NCBI GenBank assembly: GCA_038248915.1
Contig: JBBRXB010000001.1
Location: 229,097-293,096, forward strand
Reading direction: 5' to 3'
DNA: 64,000 nucleotides
Origin: Candidatus Limnocylindrales bacterium
GTDB lineage: Bacteria > Chloroflexota > Limnocylindria > Limnocylindrales > CSP1-4
This document shows, piece after piece, positions 17,965 to 26,831 of this stretch. The first letter of the stretch is position 1. Each line of letters begins with the position of its first letter. The notes below the pieces were generated by a model. That model did no database searches. It worked only from the letters and a program-made list of their open reading frames with translations, and had not been told where the DNA came from. The position numbers and the translations under genes were made by a program.

Positions 17965-19206
17965 ATGTCCGCTGCCGCGCCGCGCCGCCTGCTGATCGCC
18001 GAGCTGCTGAGCATCGGGACCGAGCTGACCGTCGGCGAGACCCGCGACACCAATGCCGGCGAGCTCGCCCACGCACTGACCGACCGGGGCGTGCGCGTGA
18101 CCCGTCTGACTGCGCTCCCCGACGACCTGGGCGACGTCGCCGCGGCCTTCCGATCCGGGCTCGAACGGGCCGACCTCGTCATCTCGACCGGCGGCCTTGG
18201 CCCGACCCCGGACGATCTGACCCGCGAGGCCATCGCCGACGCCTGCGGCGAGACCCCGACCGTCGATCCGGACCTCGAGGCGTGGCTGCGCGAGCTGTGG
18301 GCTCGGCGCGGCATGCCATTCCCCGAGCTCAACCTCAAGCAGGCGTGGCGGATCCCATCTGCCACGACCCTCATCAACCCGAATGGCACGGCCCCCGGTT
18401 GGTTCGTGATGCGTGCGGATGGCCGGGTCGTCGTCGCGCTACCGGGTCCGCCACGCGAGATGCGGCCGATGTGGTCCGACGAGGTCGTGCCGCGGCTCGA
18501 GGCCCTCGGTCTCGGCGCGGAGGTCGCGACGCGGACCTACCGGCTGGCCGGAATCGGCGAGTCGCAGGTCGCGGAGCTCCTCGGCGAGCCGATGCTGCGG
18601 GCCGCCAATCCGATCGTGGCGACCTACGCCCGTGTGGAGGCGGTCGACGTCCGGATCTCGGCGGTGGCCGACGACGGCCGCAGCGCCGCGGAGCTGGTCA
18701 GGGCGGCCGCAGAGGTCGTGACTGAGCGGCTCGGCGGCTATGTCTGGGCGAGTGGCGACACCACCTGGAGCCAAGCCATCGGCCAGCGGCTGACCGAGCT
18801 CGACTGGACCCTGGCGATCGTCGAGATCGGGACGGGCGGTAGCCTTGATGCCCTGTTCGGGGATGCCGAATGGCTCAGGTTCGATGAATCGATCGCGCCC
18901 GAAGCGCCAGCCGCAACCGAGCACGGGCCGGCGCCCGACGCCGCTGCCGCTGACGAGCCATCCGACGACCTCGGCCGCTACGCCCGACGCGCCCGCGAGC
19001 TCGGCGGCTCGGCGGTCGGCCTCGCTGTTCTGGCCTGGCCGCAGACCGGCGACACGGCCGTCTCGATCGCGATCTCGACGCCGACCCGCGAGGTCCACCT
19101 CCGGCGCGTGGTGTTCCTGACCGGACCGATGGGCCGGTCGCGCGTCGCGCTGGCCGCGGCCGCCGTCCTGTTCGAGACGCTCGGCGAGGTCGGGCCGCCC
19201 ACCTGA
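17965..19206 (+). CDS. cinA: CinA-family competence/damage-inducible protein (MoCF-binding domain + PncC-like domain)
   Basis: Matching segments include LLIAELLSIGTELTVGETRDTNAGELA, VISTGGLGPTPDDLTREA and NPNGTAPGW. TACATT lies 7 nt upstream of the ATG. Confidence 0.85.
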   Translation: MSAAAPRRLLIAELLSIGTELTVGETRDTNAGELAHALTDRGVRVTRLTALPDDLGDVAAAFRSGLERADLVISTGGLGPTPDDLTREAIADACGETPTVDPDLEAWLRELWARRGMPFPELNLKQAWRIPSATTLINPNGTAPGWFVMRADGRVVVALPGPPREMRPMWSDEVVPRLEALGLGAEVATRTYRLAGIGESQVAELLGEPMLRAANPIVATYARVEAVDVRISAVADDGRSAAELVRAAAEVVTERLGGYVWASGDTTWSQAIGQRLTELDWTLAIVEIGTGGSLDALFGDAEWLRFDESIAPEAPAATEHGPAPDAAAADEPSDDLGRYARRARELGGSAVGLAVLAWPQTGDTAVSIAISTPTREVHLRRVVFLTGPMGRSRVALAAAAVLFETLGEVGPPT

Positions 19207-19242
19207 CCGCTGGTCGAGCCGCCCGCCTGACCGCCGCCCGAG

Positions 19243-19941
19243 TCAGCGACGCGAGGTCGCCGTCAGCCCTTCGAGGTCGGTCACCCAGATCCCGTCCCGT
19301 TCGAGCCGGACCAGCCCGTCATCGGAGAACTGGCCGAGCAGCTTGTTCACGCTCTGGCGAGTGCAGCCGACCATCGACGCCAGCTCGGCCTGGGTGAGGG
19401 TCGCTCGGAGCCGGATGGCGCCACCGGCGTCGGGCGCGCCCGCCTCACTGGCGAGCCGGACAAGCCTGGCGGCCAGGCGCCCGGTGATGTCGAGGAAATG
19501 AAGCTCCTCGACGTGGGTCGTGAGGCGACGTAGCTCCGCGGCCAGCGAGGCGAGAAGTGAATCGCGGACGGCAGGTTCCGTGGCGACGAGTTCCCGGAAC
19601 CGGTCGCGCGGCAGGATGACCGTTTCGGTCGCGGTCAGTGCGGCCGCTGACGCGGACCGCGGCGCACCGTCGAGCAGGGCGAGCTCGCCGAACACGTCGC
19701 CATCCCTGAGCGTGACGAGGATCGCCTCCTCGCCCGCTTCTGACGGGACCGAGATCTTCACCTCACCTGTCACGATGATGAACAGGGCATCGCCCGGATC
19801 ACCGGCATGGAAGATGATGTCGCCGCGTCGGAACCGGCGCGTCCGGGTCCCGGCCGCGATTCGGTCCAAGGCAGCCGGGTCCAGGCCCGCGAAGAACGGG
19901 ATCCGGGCGAGCGACGCGACGAGGGGTGGGCGACCCAACAT
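19243..19941 (-). CDS. Crp/Fnr-family cyclic-nucleotide-binding transcriptional regulator
   Basis: The cNMP-binding domain shows FFAGLDPAALDRIA, FHAGDPGDALFIIVTGEVKI and FGELALLDGAPRSASA. The C-terminal HTH reads TQAELASMVGCTRQSVNKLL. ATG is at 19941. Confidence 0.9.
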   Translation of the reverse strand: MLGRPPLVASLARIPFFAGLDPAALDRIAAGTRTRRFRRGDIIFHAGDPGDALFIIVTGEVKISVPSEAGEEAILVTLRDGDVFGELALLDGAPRSASAAALTATETVILPRDRFRELVATEPAVRDSLLASLAAELRRLTTHVEELHFLDITGRLAARLVRLASEAGAPDAGGAIRLRATLTQAELASMVGCTRQSVNKLLGQFSDDGLVRLERDGIWVTDLEGLTATSRR

Positions 19942-20056
19942 GCCGCGCGCATCGTACCGCCGCCGGCCACGGTCGCCGGTGATGTCGGGCGGACGACACC
20001 TGGGCCGTCGCCTGCGGGGCCGCGCGTTGCGCTCTGGGCACCTACCATTCGCCCCG

Positions 20057-20884
20057 ATGAGCGTCGATCTGACCGGCCGCTTGCGCCTGACCGTGCTCGG
20101 GTGCAGCAACGCCCCACCGCACCCTGCCTGGCCCGCCTCGGGATTTCTCGTGGAATGGGAAGGGACGGCGATCCTCCTCGATGTCGGCCAGGGGGTCGTC
20201 CGCCGGCTCGCGGGCGTCCTCGACCCGATGCAGCTGGCCGGGGTCATCGTCGGTCACATGCACGCCGACCACTACCTGGACCTTGTCGGCCTGCGCTACC
20301 TCTTTCCGTGGGCCGGCCAGCCGCCGAGCCGGCTCCCGGTCCACCTCCCACCGGGTGGCGCTGGCCGGATCGCGAGGCTCACGGAGGCGATCTCGGAGCG
20401 GCCGGGGTTCTTTGACGACGCCTTTGCGATCGACGAGTACGACGCGGCCTCGACGCTCGCGATCGGTCCGCTGAGGCTGCAGTTCCGTCAGGCGCGGCAC
20501 TACGTCCCGGCCTGGGCCATCTCGATCGCGGCCCCTGACGGCACGCGTCTCGTCTACACGGGCGATACCGGGCCGGATGACGCGATGATCGAGTTCGCTC
20601 GCGGCGCGGACCTGCTCCTGGTCGAGGCGGCCCTGCTCAGCGAAGCGAACGACGATCCGGAGCGCGGCCACCTGACCGCACCGGAGGCGATCGAGCTTGC
20701 CAGTCGCGCGCAGGTGGCCGCAGCCCTCCTCGTGCACTACAACCCGTCCCGACGGGCCGAACTCGAGGCGCTGTGCGAGAGCGCCGGGCCCTGGATCCAC
20801 CCCGCCGTCGCCGGCCTCACCCGGACGGTCGCGCCACGAGCCGCGAGCGCCGCCGGCGCGCCGGCACGGGCGGCCGCTCCCTAG
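20057..20884 (+). CDS. MBL-fold metallo-hydrolase
   Basis: The HxHxDH motif is present (GHMHADHYLD) on a beta-lactamase-fold layout. TACCAT lies 8 nt upstream of the ATG. Confidence 0.8.
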   Translation: MSVDLTGRLRLTVLGCSNAPPHPAWPASGFLVEWEGTAILLDVGQGVVRRLAGVLDPMQLAGVIVGHMHADHYLDLVGLRYLFPWAGQPPSRLPVHLPPGGAGRIARLTEAISERPGFFDDAFAIDEYDAASTLAIGPLRLQFRQARHYVPAWAISIAAPDGTRLVYTGDTGPDDAMIEFARGADLLLVEAALLSEANDDPERGHLTAPEAIELASRAQVAAALLVHYNPSRRAELEALCESAGPWIHPAVAGLTRTVAPRAASAAGAPARAAAP

Positions 20885-22989
20885 TTCGGTCCCGGAGTCC
20901 CGGCCGCCGCCAGGGACGCCACCGCGGCCGACCGCAGGCGGGCCCGCTCGGCCGGGTCCACCGCGAGATCGGCTGCCATCCGCCAGAACCCGGCGGCCTC
21001 GGCCGCGGCCCCCATCGCCAAGGCGGACGCGGCGGCTTCGTCCAGCAACGGGATCGCCCGCGCAGCGTCGCCCGAAGCGGCCCGGTGCTCGGCGATCACA
21101 GCGACCGACCTCGACCCCGGGCGGGCCTCCAATGCGTCGGCCAGACGAGCGTGCAGGCGGCGACGCCGGGTGGCCAGGATCCCGGCGTAGGCGGCCTCGT
21201 GCACCAGGGGGTGGCTGAACCGCCACGAGCCCTCGTCGACCGGGACGATGAGGGCCGCATCGACCAGCCGGTCGAGCGTGCCCTGGCCCACGGGATGGTC
21301 GAGCAGGGCCTCGAGGTCGTCGTGGCGGAAGGCGATGCCGATGACCGAGGCCACGCCCACGACGTCCCGGGCCGGCTCTTCGAGGCCGTCGATACGGGCG
21401 CCGAGGACCGCTCGAAGCGTCAAGGGCAGACGCGGCTGGCCCGATTCGACGAGCATCATCCGGCCACCGCGAAGCTCGAGCGTGCCGTCCTCGATCGAGG
21501 CGCGGACCGTCTCGCCGATGAACAGCGGGTTGCCCTCGGTCCGCTCGTGGATCCGACGCGCATCCGCCGCGTCCAGCGCGGCCCGTGCCACGATGGTCGC
21601 CAGCTTCGCCGTCTCGGGCGGCGCCAGGCCGGTCAGCTCGAGCCGTGCGACGTGGGGCATCCCGGCCCAGCCCGGGAGCGCCCCCGGTCGCATCATCGCG
21701 ATGACGACGAGAGCTCGTTCGGCCGCCGTCGCCACGATGAGCTCGACCATCCCGACGCTCGACGTGTCGATCCAGTGGACATCGTCGAGGACGATCACCC
21801 GCGGGCCGGCGAGGAGGATCCGATCCAGATAGACCGTCGCGACCTCCCCGAGGGCGCTCGCGGTCTCGGCCGGGTCCTCGGGGACGAGCGCCGACTCCGC
21901 TTCCCAGCCGGTGAAGGCGGCATCGCGCGCGACCGCCGCGATCGCGCCGCCATAGCGCCGCAGCGTGACTGGGTCCGTGTCGGGCCCGAAGAGGAGCTGC
22001 CGGACGTAGCTCCCGGAGTCGACGCCGTACTCGTCGGCGATCGTCTGCGCGAACAGGCGGGCGAAGCGATAGGGCTCGCCCCGCCCGTACGACACGCATT
22101 CCGTCCAGCTCCAGGCATAGCCGAGCGCCCGGGCCTCGGGCTCCAGCTCGGCCACCAGCCGCGATTTGCCCATCCCGGCATCACCGGTGATGAGCACGAC
22201 CGACCCCCGGCCCGACCGGCGAGCGTCTCGCAAGGTCCGCCTGATCACCGCCGCCTCCGCCGTCCGACCGACGAGCGGGCTGTCCGCGGCGGACCGCCGG
22301 GTCCGTGCCGAGTCAAGACCAAGCTGCCCGGTCAGCGCGAACAGCCGCACGACCGACGACTGACCGCGCAGGACGACCGAGCCGCGGTCGTCGACGGCGA
22401 GGCGGTCGCGCGCCCCGCGGACGGTCGCCTCGTCGACGAGGATCTCGCCGGGTCGCGCCAGGGACTGGATCCGCGCCGCGGTCGTGATCGCTTCGCCGGT
22501 CACCGCCAGATCGCCGGACTGGTCGGTCCGGGAGGCGGCCACGACTTCGCCCGTCGCGATGCCGATGCGGACCTCGAGCGGCTCGCTGCCGTCATCCGGT
22601 TCGCGCAACATCGCGCGGATGGCCAGCGCGGCGAGCGCGGCCCGGACCGGATCGTCGTCATGGGCGACCGGCCAGCCAAACACGGCGAAGACCGCGTCAC
22701 CGATGAACTTCTCCCGGGTGCCCTCGAGCCGCTCGATCGCGTCGGCCATCCGCCGGAGCGCGTTGCCGACACGGACACGAACCTCCTCGGGGTCGTGCTC
22801 GGCGATCATCCGGACGTAGTCGACCAGGTCCGCGAACAGGGCGGTCACGACCCGGCGGTCGCCGGCCTCGCCGGCCACGGCCGGCGACACGGCGGTCCGC
22901 GCGTCCGCCTCACCGAGACGGGCGCCGCACTGGTCGCAGTAACGGGCCTGCCGAGTCGTTCGGGCACCGCACGACGGGCACAGCTGCAT
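20881..22989 (-). CDS. Zinc-ribbon + class III adenylate/guanylate cyclase + AAA (STAND-like) ATPase + helical C-terminal region
   Basis: The N-terminus MQLCPSCG...YCDQCG is a zinc ribbon. The cyclase core shows VVTALFADLVDY, KFIGDAVFAVFG and IGIATGEVV. Next comes the P-loop VVLITGDAGMGKSRL, then an Ala-rich helical tail. ATG is at 22989. Confidence 0.85.
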   Translation of the reverse strand: MQLCPSCGARTTRQARYCDQCGARLGEADARTAVSPAVAGEAGDRRVVTALFADLVDYVRMIAEHDPEEVRVRVGNALRRMADAIERLEGTREKFIGDAVFAVFGWPVAHDDDPVRAALAALAIRAMLREPDDGSEPLEVRIGIATGEVVAASRTDQSGDLAVTGEAITTAARIQSLARPGEILVDEATVRGARDRLAVDDRGSVVLRGQSSVVRLFALTGQLGLDSARTRRSAADSPLVGRTAEAAVIRRTLRDARRSGRGSVVLITGDAGMGKSRLVAELEPEARALGYAWSWTECVSYGRGEPYRFARLFAQTIADEYGVDSGSYVRQLLFGPDTDPVTLRRYGGAIAAVARDAAFTGWEAESALVPEDPAETASALGEVATVYLDRILLAGPRVIVLDDVHWIDTSSVGMVELIVATAAERALVVIAMMRPGALPGWAGMPHVARLELTGLAPPETAKLATIVARAALDAADARRIHERTEGNPLFIGETVRASIEDGTLELRGGRMMLVESGQPRLPLTLRAVLGARIDGLEEPARDVVGVASVIGIAFRHDDLEALLDHPVGQGTLDRLVDAALIVPVDEGSWRFSHPLVHEAAYAGILATRRRRLHARLADALEARPGSRSVAVIAEHRAASGDAARAIPLLDEAAASALAMGAAAEAAGFWRMAADLAVDPAERARLRSAAVASLAAAGTPGPN

Positions 22990-23048
22990 GGGATCCTCGA
23001 TGCTCCCGCCCCCCGGAGGCGCCAGTCTAGCCGGGCCGAACCGCTCGG

Positions 23049-24128
23049 TCAGGAGATGGTCAGGACCGGCTGGGCCACGGCCTGGGCGGCCCGGACACTC
23101 ATCCGCGCCGCCACGATGCTGGCGATCGCGGTCATGGCCTTGCCCGCCGGTCCCGGCTCGCGCTGGGCGACTGCCGGGACACCGACGTCGCCACCCTGGC
23201 GGACGGTGATGTCGAGCGGGATCCCGCCGAGGTAGTCGAGGCCATGCTCGGCGGCGAACCGCTCGCCGCCGCCGCGGCCGAAGATCTCGGTCAGCTCGCC
23301 GCAATGCGGGCAGGCGAAGGAGGTCATGTTCTCGACCAGGCCGATGACTGGCACGCTCATCCGGTTGAACATCGCCAGCGCCTTGCCAACGTCGGCGAGG
23401 GCGACTGCCTGGGGCGTCGTCACCAGGACCGCTCCGGAGATCGGGACCGCCTGGGCGAGCGTCAGCTGCGCATCGGAGGTGCCGGGCGGCAGGTCGATGA
23501 CGAGGTAGTCGAGGTCGCCCCAGTCCACGTCGCGCAGGAACTGCTGGATGGCACCCCCGACGAGCGGGCCGCGCCACACGATCGGCTGGCCCTCCGGGAC
23601 GAAGAACTGGATCGAGATGGCCTTGACGCCGTAGCGCTCGAGCGGCGTGATCTTGTTGTTGGCGCTCGCCTTCGGCTGGCCCTCGAGACCGAGCATCAGC
23701 GGGATGTTCGGCCCCGTGATGTCCGCGTCGAGCAGGCCGACCGAGGCGCCGGCCTGCGCCAGGGCGACGGCGAGGTTGACGCTGACCGTGCTCTTGCCGA
23801 CGCCGCCCTTGCCGGATGCGACCGCGATGATGTTCTTGACGCCCGGCACGAGCTGCTCGGCCTGGCGCGGCTGCGAGCGGCGGACCATCGCGCCCCAGGT
23901 GATATCGACCTTGGTCGCGCCGATCGCGCCGAGGGCGGCGTTCGTCGTGCGCTCGATCTCGTCCTTGAGCGGGCAGGCGGGCGTCGTGAGCTCGATCGTC
24001 ATCGACAGGTCGAAGCCATCGATGACGACGTTCTTGACCATGTCGAGCGACACCAGGTCGCGGCCGAGCTCGGGTTCCTGGACCGTGCGCATCGCGTCGA
24101 TGACGGCTTCGTGGGTGAGGCTGGGCAT
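23049..24128 (-). CDS. apbC: Mrp/ApbC-family iron-sulfur cluster carrier ATPase
   Basis: An N-terminal DUF59-like domain is followed by the deviant Walker A (AVASGKGGVGKST) and the CPHC cluster-ligand motif. ATG is at 24128. Confidence 0.9.
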   Translation of the reverse strand: MPSLTHEAVIDAMRTVQEPELGRDLVSLDMVKNVVIDGFDLSMTIELTTPACPLKDEIERTTNAALGAIGATKVDITWGAMVRRSQPRQAEQLVPGVKNIIAVASGKGGVGKSTVSVNLAVALAQAGASVGLLDADITGPNIPLMLGLEGQPKASANNKITPLERYGVKAISIQFFVPEGQPIVWRGPLVGGAIQQFLRDVDWGDLDYLVIDLPPGTSDAQLTLAQAVPISGAVLVTTPQAVALADVGKALAMFNRMSVPVIGLVENMTSFACPHCGELTEIFGRGGGERFAAEHGLDYLGGIPLDITVRQGGDVGVPAVAQREPGPAGKAMTAIASIVAARMSVRAAQAVAQPVLTIS

Positions 24129-24322
24129 CGGCGGTCGGTCCCTCCGGAACACAATCGAGTGACTGTTCTGACAGTGAACGCGTCGATATCGTACCCCGAC
24201 CTCGCGGCGACCGGGCCCGCCGGCACCGCTCCATGCAGGCAGCGACGGATTTCGTCGTTGCGCCGCGTCGCGGCAACGAATCTCGTGGGGTTGCTTGGCG
24301 CCACCGCCCGAGGCTCGCGTCC

Positions 24323-24352
24323 TTGACACCCCGTGGCAGGCGACCATATCCT
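24323..24352 (+). promoter_or_regulatory. Candidate sigma-70-type promoter TTGACA-18-TATCCT for the pot operon
   Basis: A perfect -35 lies at 24323-24328 and a TAnnnT-type -10 at 24347-24352, about 64 nt upstream of the potA GTG. Confidence 0.45.
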
Positions 24353-24415
24353 CGGCCGCATCCGAGTCGCGCGATCCTGCGCGGCGGCTTCCTTCCGGCA
24401 GGAGAGCGAACGCAC

Positions 24416-25540
24416 GTGCCCACGGTCGACGTCAAGCTCGTGGATGTGGTCAAGAAGTTCGGGGAAGCGGTCGCGGTCGACCACATCAACCTCGAGGTCG
24501 AGGACGGCGAGTTCTTCAGCCTGCTCGGCCCGTCGGGCTGCGGCAAGACGACGACCCTGCGGATGATCGGTGGCTTCGAGGCGCCGACATCGGGACTCAT
24601 CGAGCTCCAGGGCCAGGACGTGACATGGCTGCCGCCGTATAAGCGCAACGTCAACACGGTCTTCCAGAACTACGCGCTCTTTCCGCACCTGACGATCTAC
24701 GAGAACGTGGCGTTCGGGCTTCGGCGCAAGGGGATCAAGGACAGCGAGGTCCAGAGCCGGGTCAAGGACATGCTCAAGCTGGTCGAGCTATCCGGGTTCG
24801 ATGCGCGCCGGCCGACCCAGATCTCGGGCGGCCAGGCCCAGCGCGTCGCCCTCGCCCGCGCGCTCATCAACAAGCCGGCGGTGCTGCTGCTCGATGAGCC
24901 GCTCGGGGCGCTCGACCTCAAGCTCCGCAAGCAGATGCAGGTGGAGCTGAAGCGCATCCAGCAGGAGGTCGGGATCACGTTCATCTACGTGACCCACGAC
25001 CAGGAAGAGGCGATGACGATGTCGGATCGGATCGCTGTCATGAACAAGGGCAGCTACGAACAGCTGGGCGAGCCGGAGGCGCTGTATGAGCACCCCAACA
25101 CTCGGTTCGTGGCGGGCTTCCTCGGCGTCAGCAATCTGCTCTTCGGTGCGGTCGAAGGTACCGACGGCACGCACACGGCCGTCCGCCTCGAGGACGGCAC
25201 CGTCGTCCGTGCTCCGCAGGGCATCATCGGCAGTCGGACGAGCGTCAGCATCGGGGTCAGGCCGGAGAAGATCCGCCTGCGCGAGACCACCACCGAGACG
25301 CCGGACGGCCACAACCATCTGTCGGGCGTCGTGCGCGACGCCTCGTACCTGGGCGTCAGCACGCAGTACCTGGTCGAAGCGCAGGGCGGCGCCCGGATCA
25401 TGGTCTACGAGCAGAACGTCGGGCGCGCGACCAAAGCCGAACTCTGGACCGCCGGAGCAGCGGTAACGATGACCTGGTCCCCCGACCACACCTTCGTCGT
25501 CGCCGACGACGTCGCACCGGTCGAAACAACGGCTGGCTGA
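24416..25540 (+). CDS. potA: Spermidine/putrescine-type ABC transporter ATP-binding protein
   Basis: GTG 24416 has GGAGAG upstream. Motifs present are Walker A (GPSGCGKTT), signature (ISGGQAQR), Walker B (LLLDEP) and a C-terminal TOBE-like domain. Confidence 0.88.
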   Translation: MPTVDVKLVDVVKKFGEAVAVDHINLEVEDGEFFSLLGPSGCGKTTTLRMIGGFEAPTSGLIELQGQDVTWLPPYKRNVNTVFQNYALFPHLTIYENVAFGLRRKGIKDSEVQSRVKDMLKLVELSGFDARRPTQISGGQAQRVALARALINKPAVLLLDEPLGALDLKLRKQMQVELKRIQQEVGITFIYVTHDQEEAMTMSDRIAVMNKGSYEQLGEPEALYEHPNTRFVAGFLGVSNLLFGAVEGTDGTHTAVRLEDGTVVRAPQGIIGSRTSVSIGVRPEKIRLRETTTETPDGHNHLSGVVRDASYLGVSTQYLVEAQGGARIMVYEQNVGRATKAELWTAGAAVTMTWSPDHTFVVADDVAPVETTAG

Positions 25541-25572
25541 ACCCGGCCAACGAGACATCCAGAGGAGCCTCC

Positions 25573-26799
25573 GTGAACGACGAACCGATCCTCACCCGCC
25601 GGGAGCTGACGCGTCGCCAGTTCGTCGGCGGCAGCGCCATCGCCGGCTTCGCCGTCTTCCTTGCTGCATGCGGGACGAAGGGCACCGGTGCCGCGTCGTC
25701 GTCGGTACCGTCGGTCCAACCGACCACCGCCGGCCCGAGCGCGTCCGTGGAACCGACACCGAAGCCGACCATGTCCGCCGCGCTGAACTGGGCGAACTGG
25801 ACGTACTACATGGACGTCGATCCGAATGACAAGACCAAGTTCAAGACCCTCGACGACTTCACTGCGAAATACGGCACGGTCGTGAAGTACAGGGAGATCA
25901 TCGACGACAACGCCGTGTTCGTCGGGACCATCACGCCGCAGCTCCAGGGCGGCCAGGACACCGGCTGGGACATCATCACCCTGACCGACTGGATGGCCGC
26001 CCGCTTGATCCGGCTGGGTTGGGTCGAGCAGATGGACCTCGGCAACATGCCGAACGTCGTCGCCAACCTCCAGGACGTCTACCTGGGCGTCGCCTGGGAC
26101 CCGACCAACGACCACCATGTGCCGTGGCAGTCGGGGATGACCGGACTCGGCTACGACAAGGCGAAGACCGGCGCGCTGACCAGCCTCGACGCCCTGTTCG
26201 ACCTCAAATACAAGGGCAACATCGACTACCTGACCGAGATGCGGGACACGCTCGGGCTGACGATGCTCAAGCTCGGGCTCGACCCGGCAAAGGCGACGAA
26301 AGCGGACTGCGACGCCGCCGTCGCCGAGATCAAGCGCGTCCAGGACGCCGGCATGCGGGCTCTGTTCAAGGGCAACGCCTACGCGGAGGACCTCAAGAGT
26401 GGCGATGCCGTCCTGGCGATGGCCTGGTCAGGTGACATGGTCCAAGCCCTGGTCGACAAGCCGACCCTGCAGTTCACGATCGCCGACCAGGGCGGGATGC
26501 TGTGGACCGACAACGTGATGATCCCGAACGGGGCCGCGCACGCCTACACCGCGCAAGTCATGATCGACTTCTGCTACGACCCGAAGATCGCGGCCCAGAT
26601 CGAGGCCTACGTGAATTACATCTGCCCGGTCAAGGGTGCCGCCGAGATCCTGCTCGCGACCGATCCGGGCGTGGCCAAAAACCCGCTCATCTTCCCGCCG
26701 AAGGACATCCTCGATCGGCTGCACATCTTCAACGGCCTCGACGAGGCGACCGAGAAATACTTCAACGAGCAGTTCGCCACCGTCACCGGACTGGGCTGA
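25573..26799 (+). CDS. potD: Polyamine-type ABC transporter substrate-binding lipoprotein (PotD/PotF-like)
   Basis: The signal is TAT-like (TRRQFVGGSA) with a lipobox (LAAC|G). The body has an SBP family-1 polyamine-type layout. GTG start with GAGGAG upstream. Confidence 0.8.
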   Translation: MNDEPILTRRELTRRQFVGGSAIAGFAVFLAACGTKGTGAASSSVPSVQPTTAGPSASVEPTPKPTMSAALNWANWTYYMDVDPNDKTKFKTLDDFTAKYGTVVKYREIIDDNAVFVGTITPQLQGGQDTGWDIITLTDWMAARLIRLGWVEQMDLGNMPNVVANLQDVYLGVAWDPTNDHHVPWQSGMTGLGYDKAKTGALTSLDALFDLKYKGNIDYLTEMRDTLGLTMLKLGLDPAKATKADCDAAVAEIKRVQDAGMRALFKGNAYAEDLKSGDAVLAMAWSGDMVQALVDKPTLQFTIADQGGMLWTDNVMIPNGAAHAYTAQVMIDFCYDPKIAAQIEAYVNYICPVKGAAEILLATDPGVAKNPLIFPPKDILDRLHIFNGLDEATEKYFNEQFATVTGLG

Positions 26800-26831
26800 C
26801 CGGCCCCCTTCCGACCTGTTGAGAGGAGCCC

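Noticed and set aside
19942-20056. CRP-type operator (TGTGA-N6-TCACA) in the crp / MBL-hydrolase divergent region.
   Set aside because: Only GGTGAT...ACACC with the wrong spacing and orientation was seen, with no acceptable dyad.
20881-24657. A 1258-aa ORF that would fuse the cyclase-ATPase with upstream sequence across the apbC region.
   Set aside because: Upstream of ATG 22989 the translation is Arg/Pro-rich nonsense and runs out of frame over the well-supported Mrp/ApbC gene. The recognisable protein starts at MQLCPSCG.
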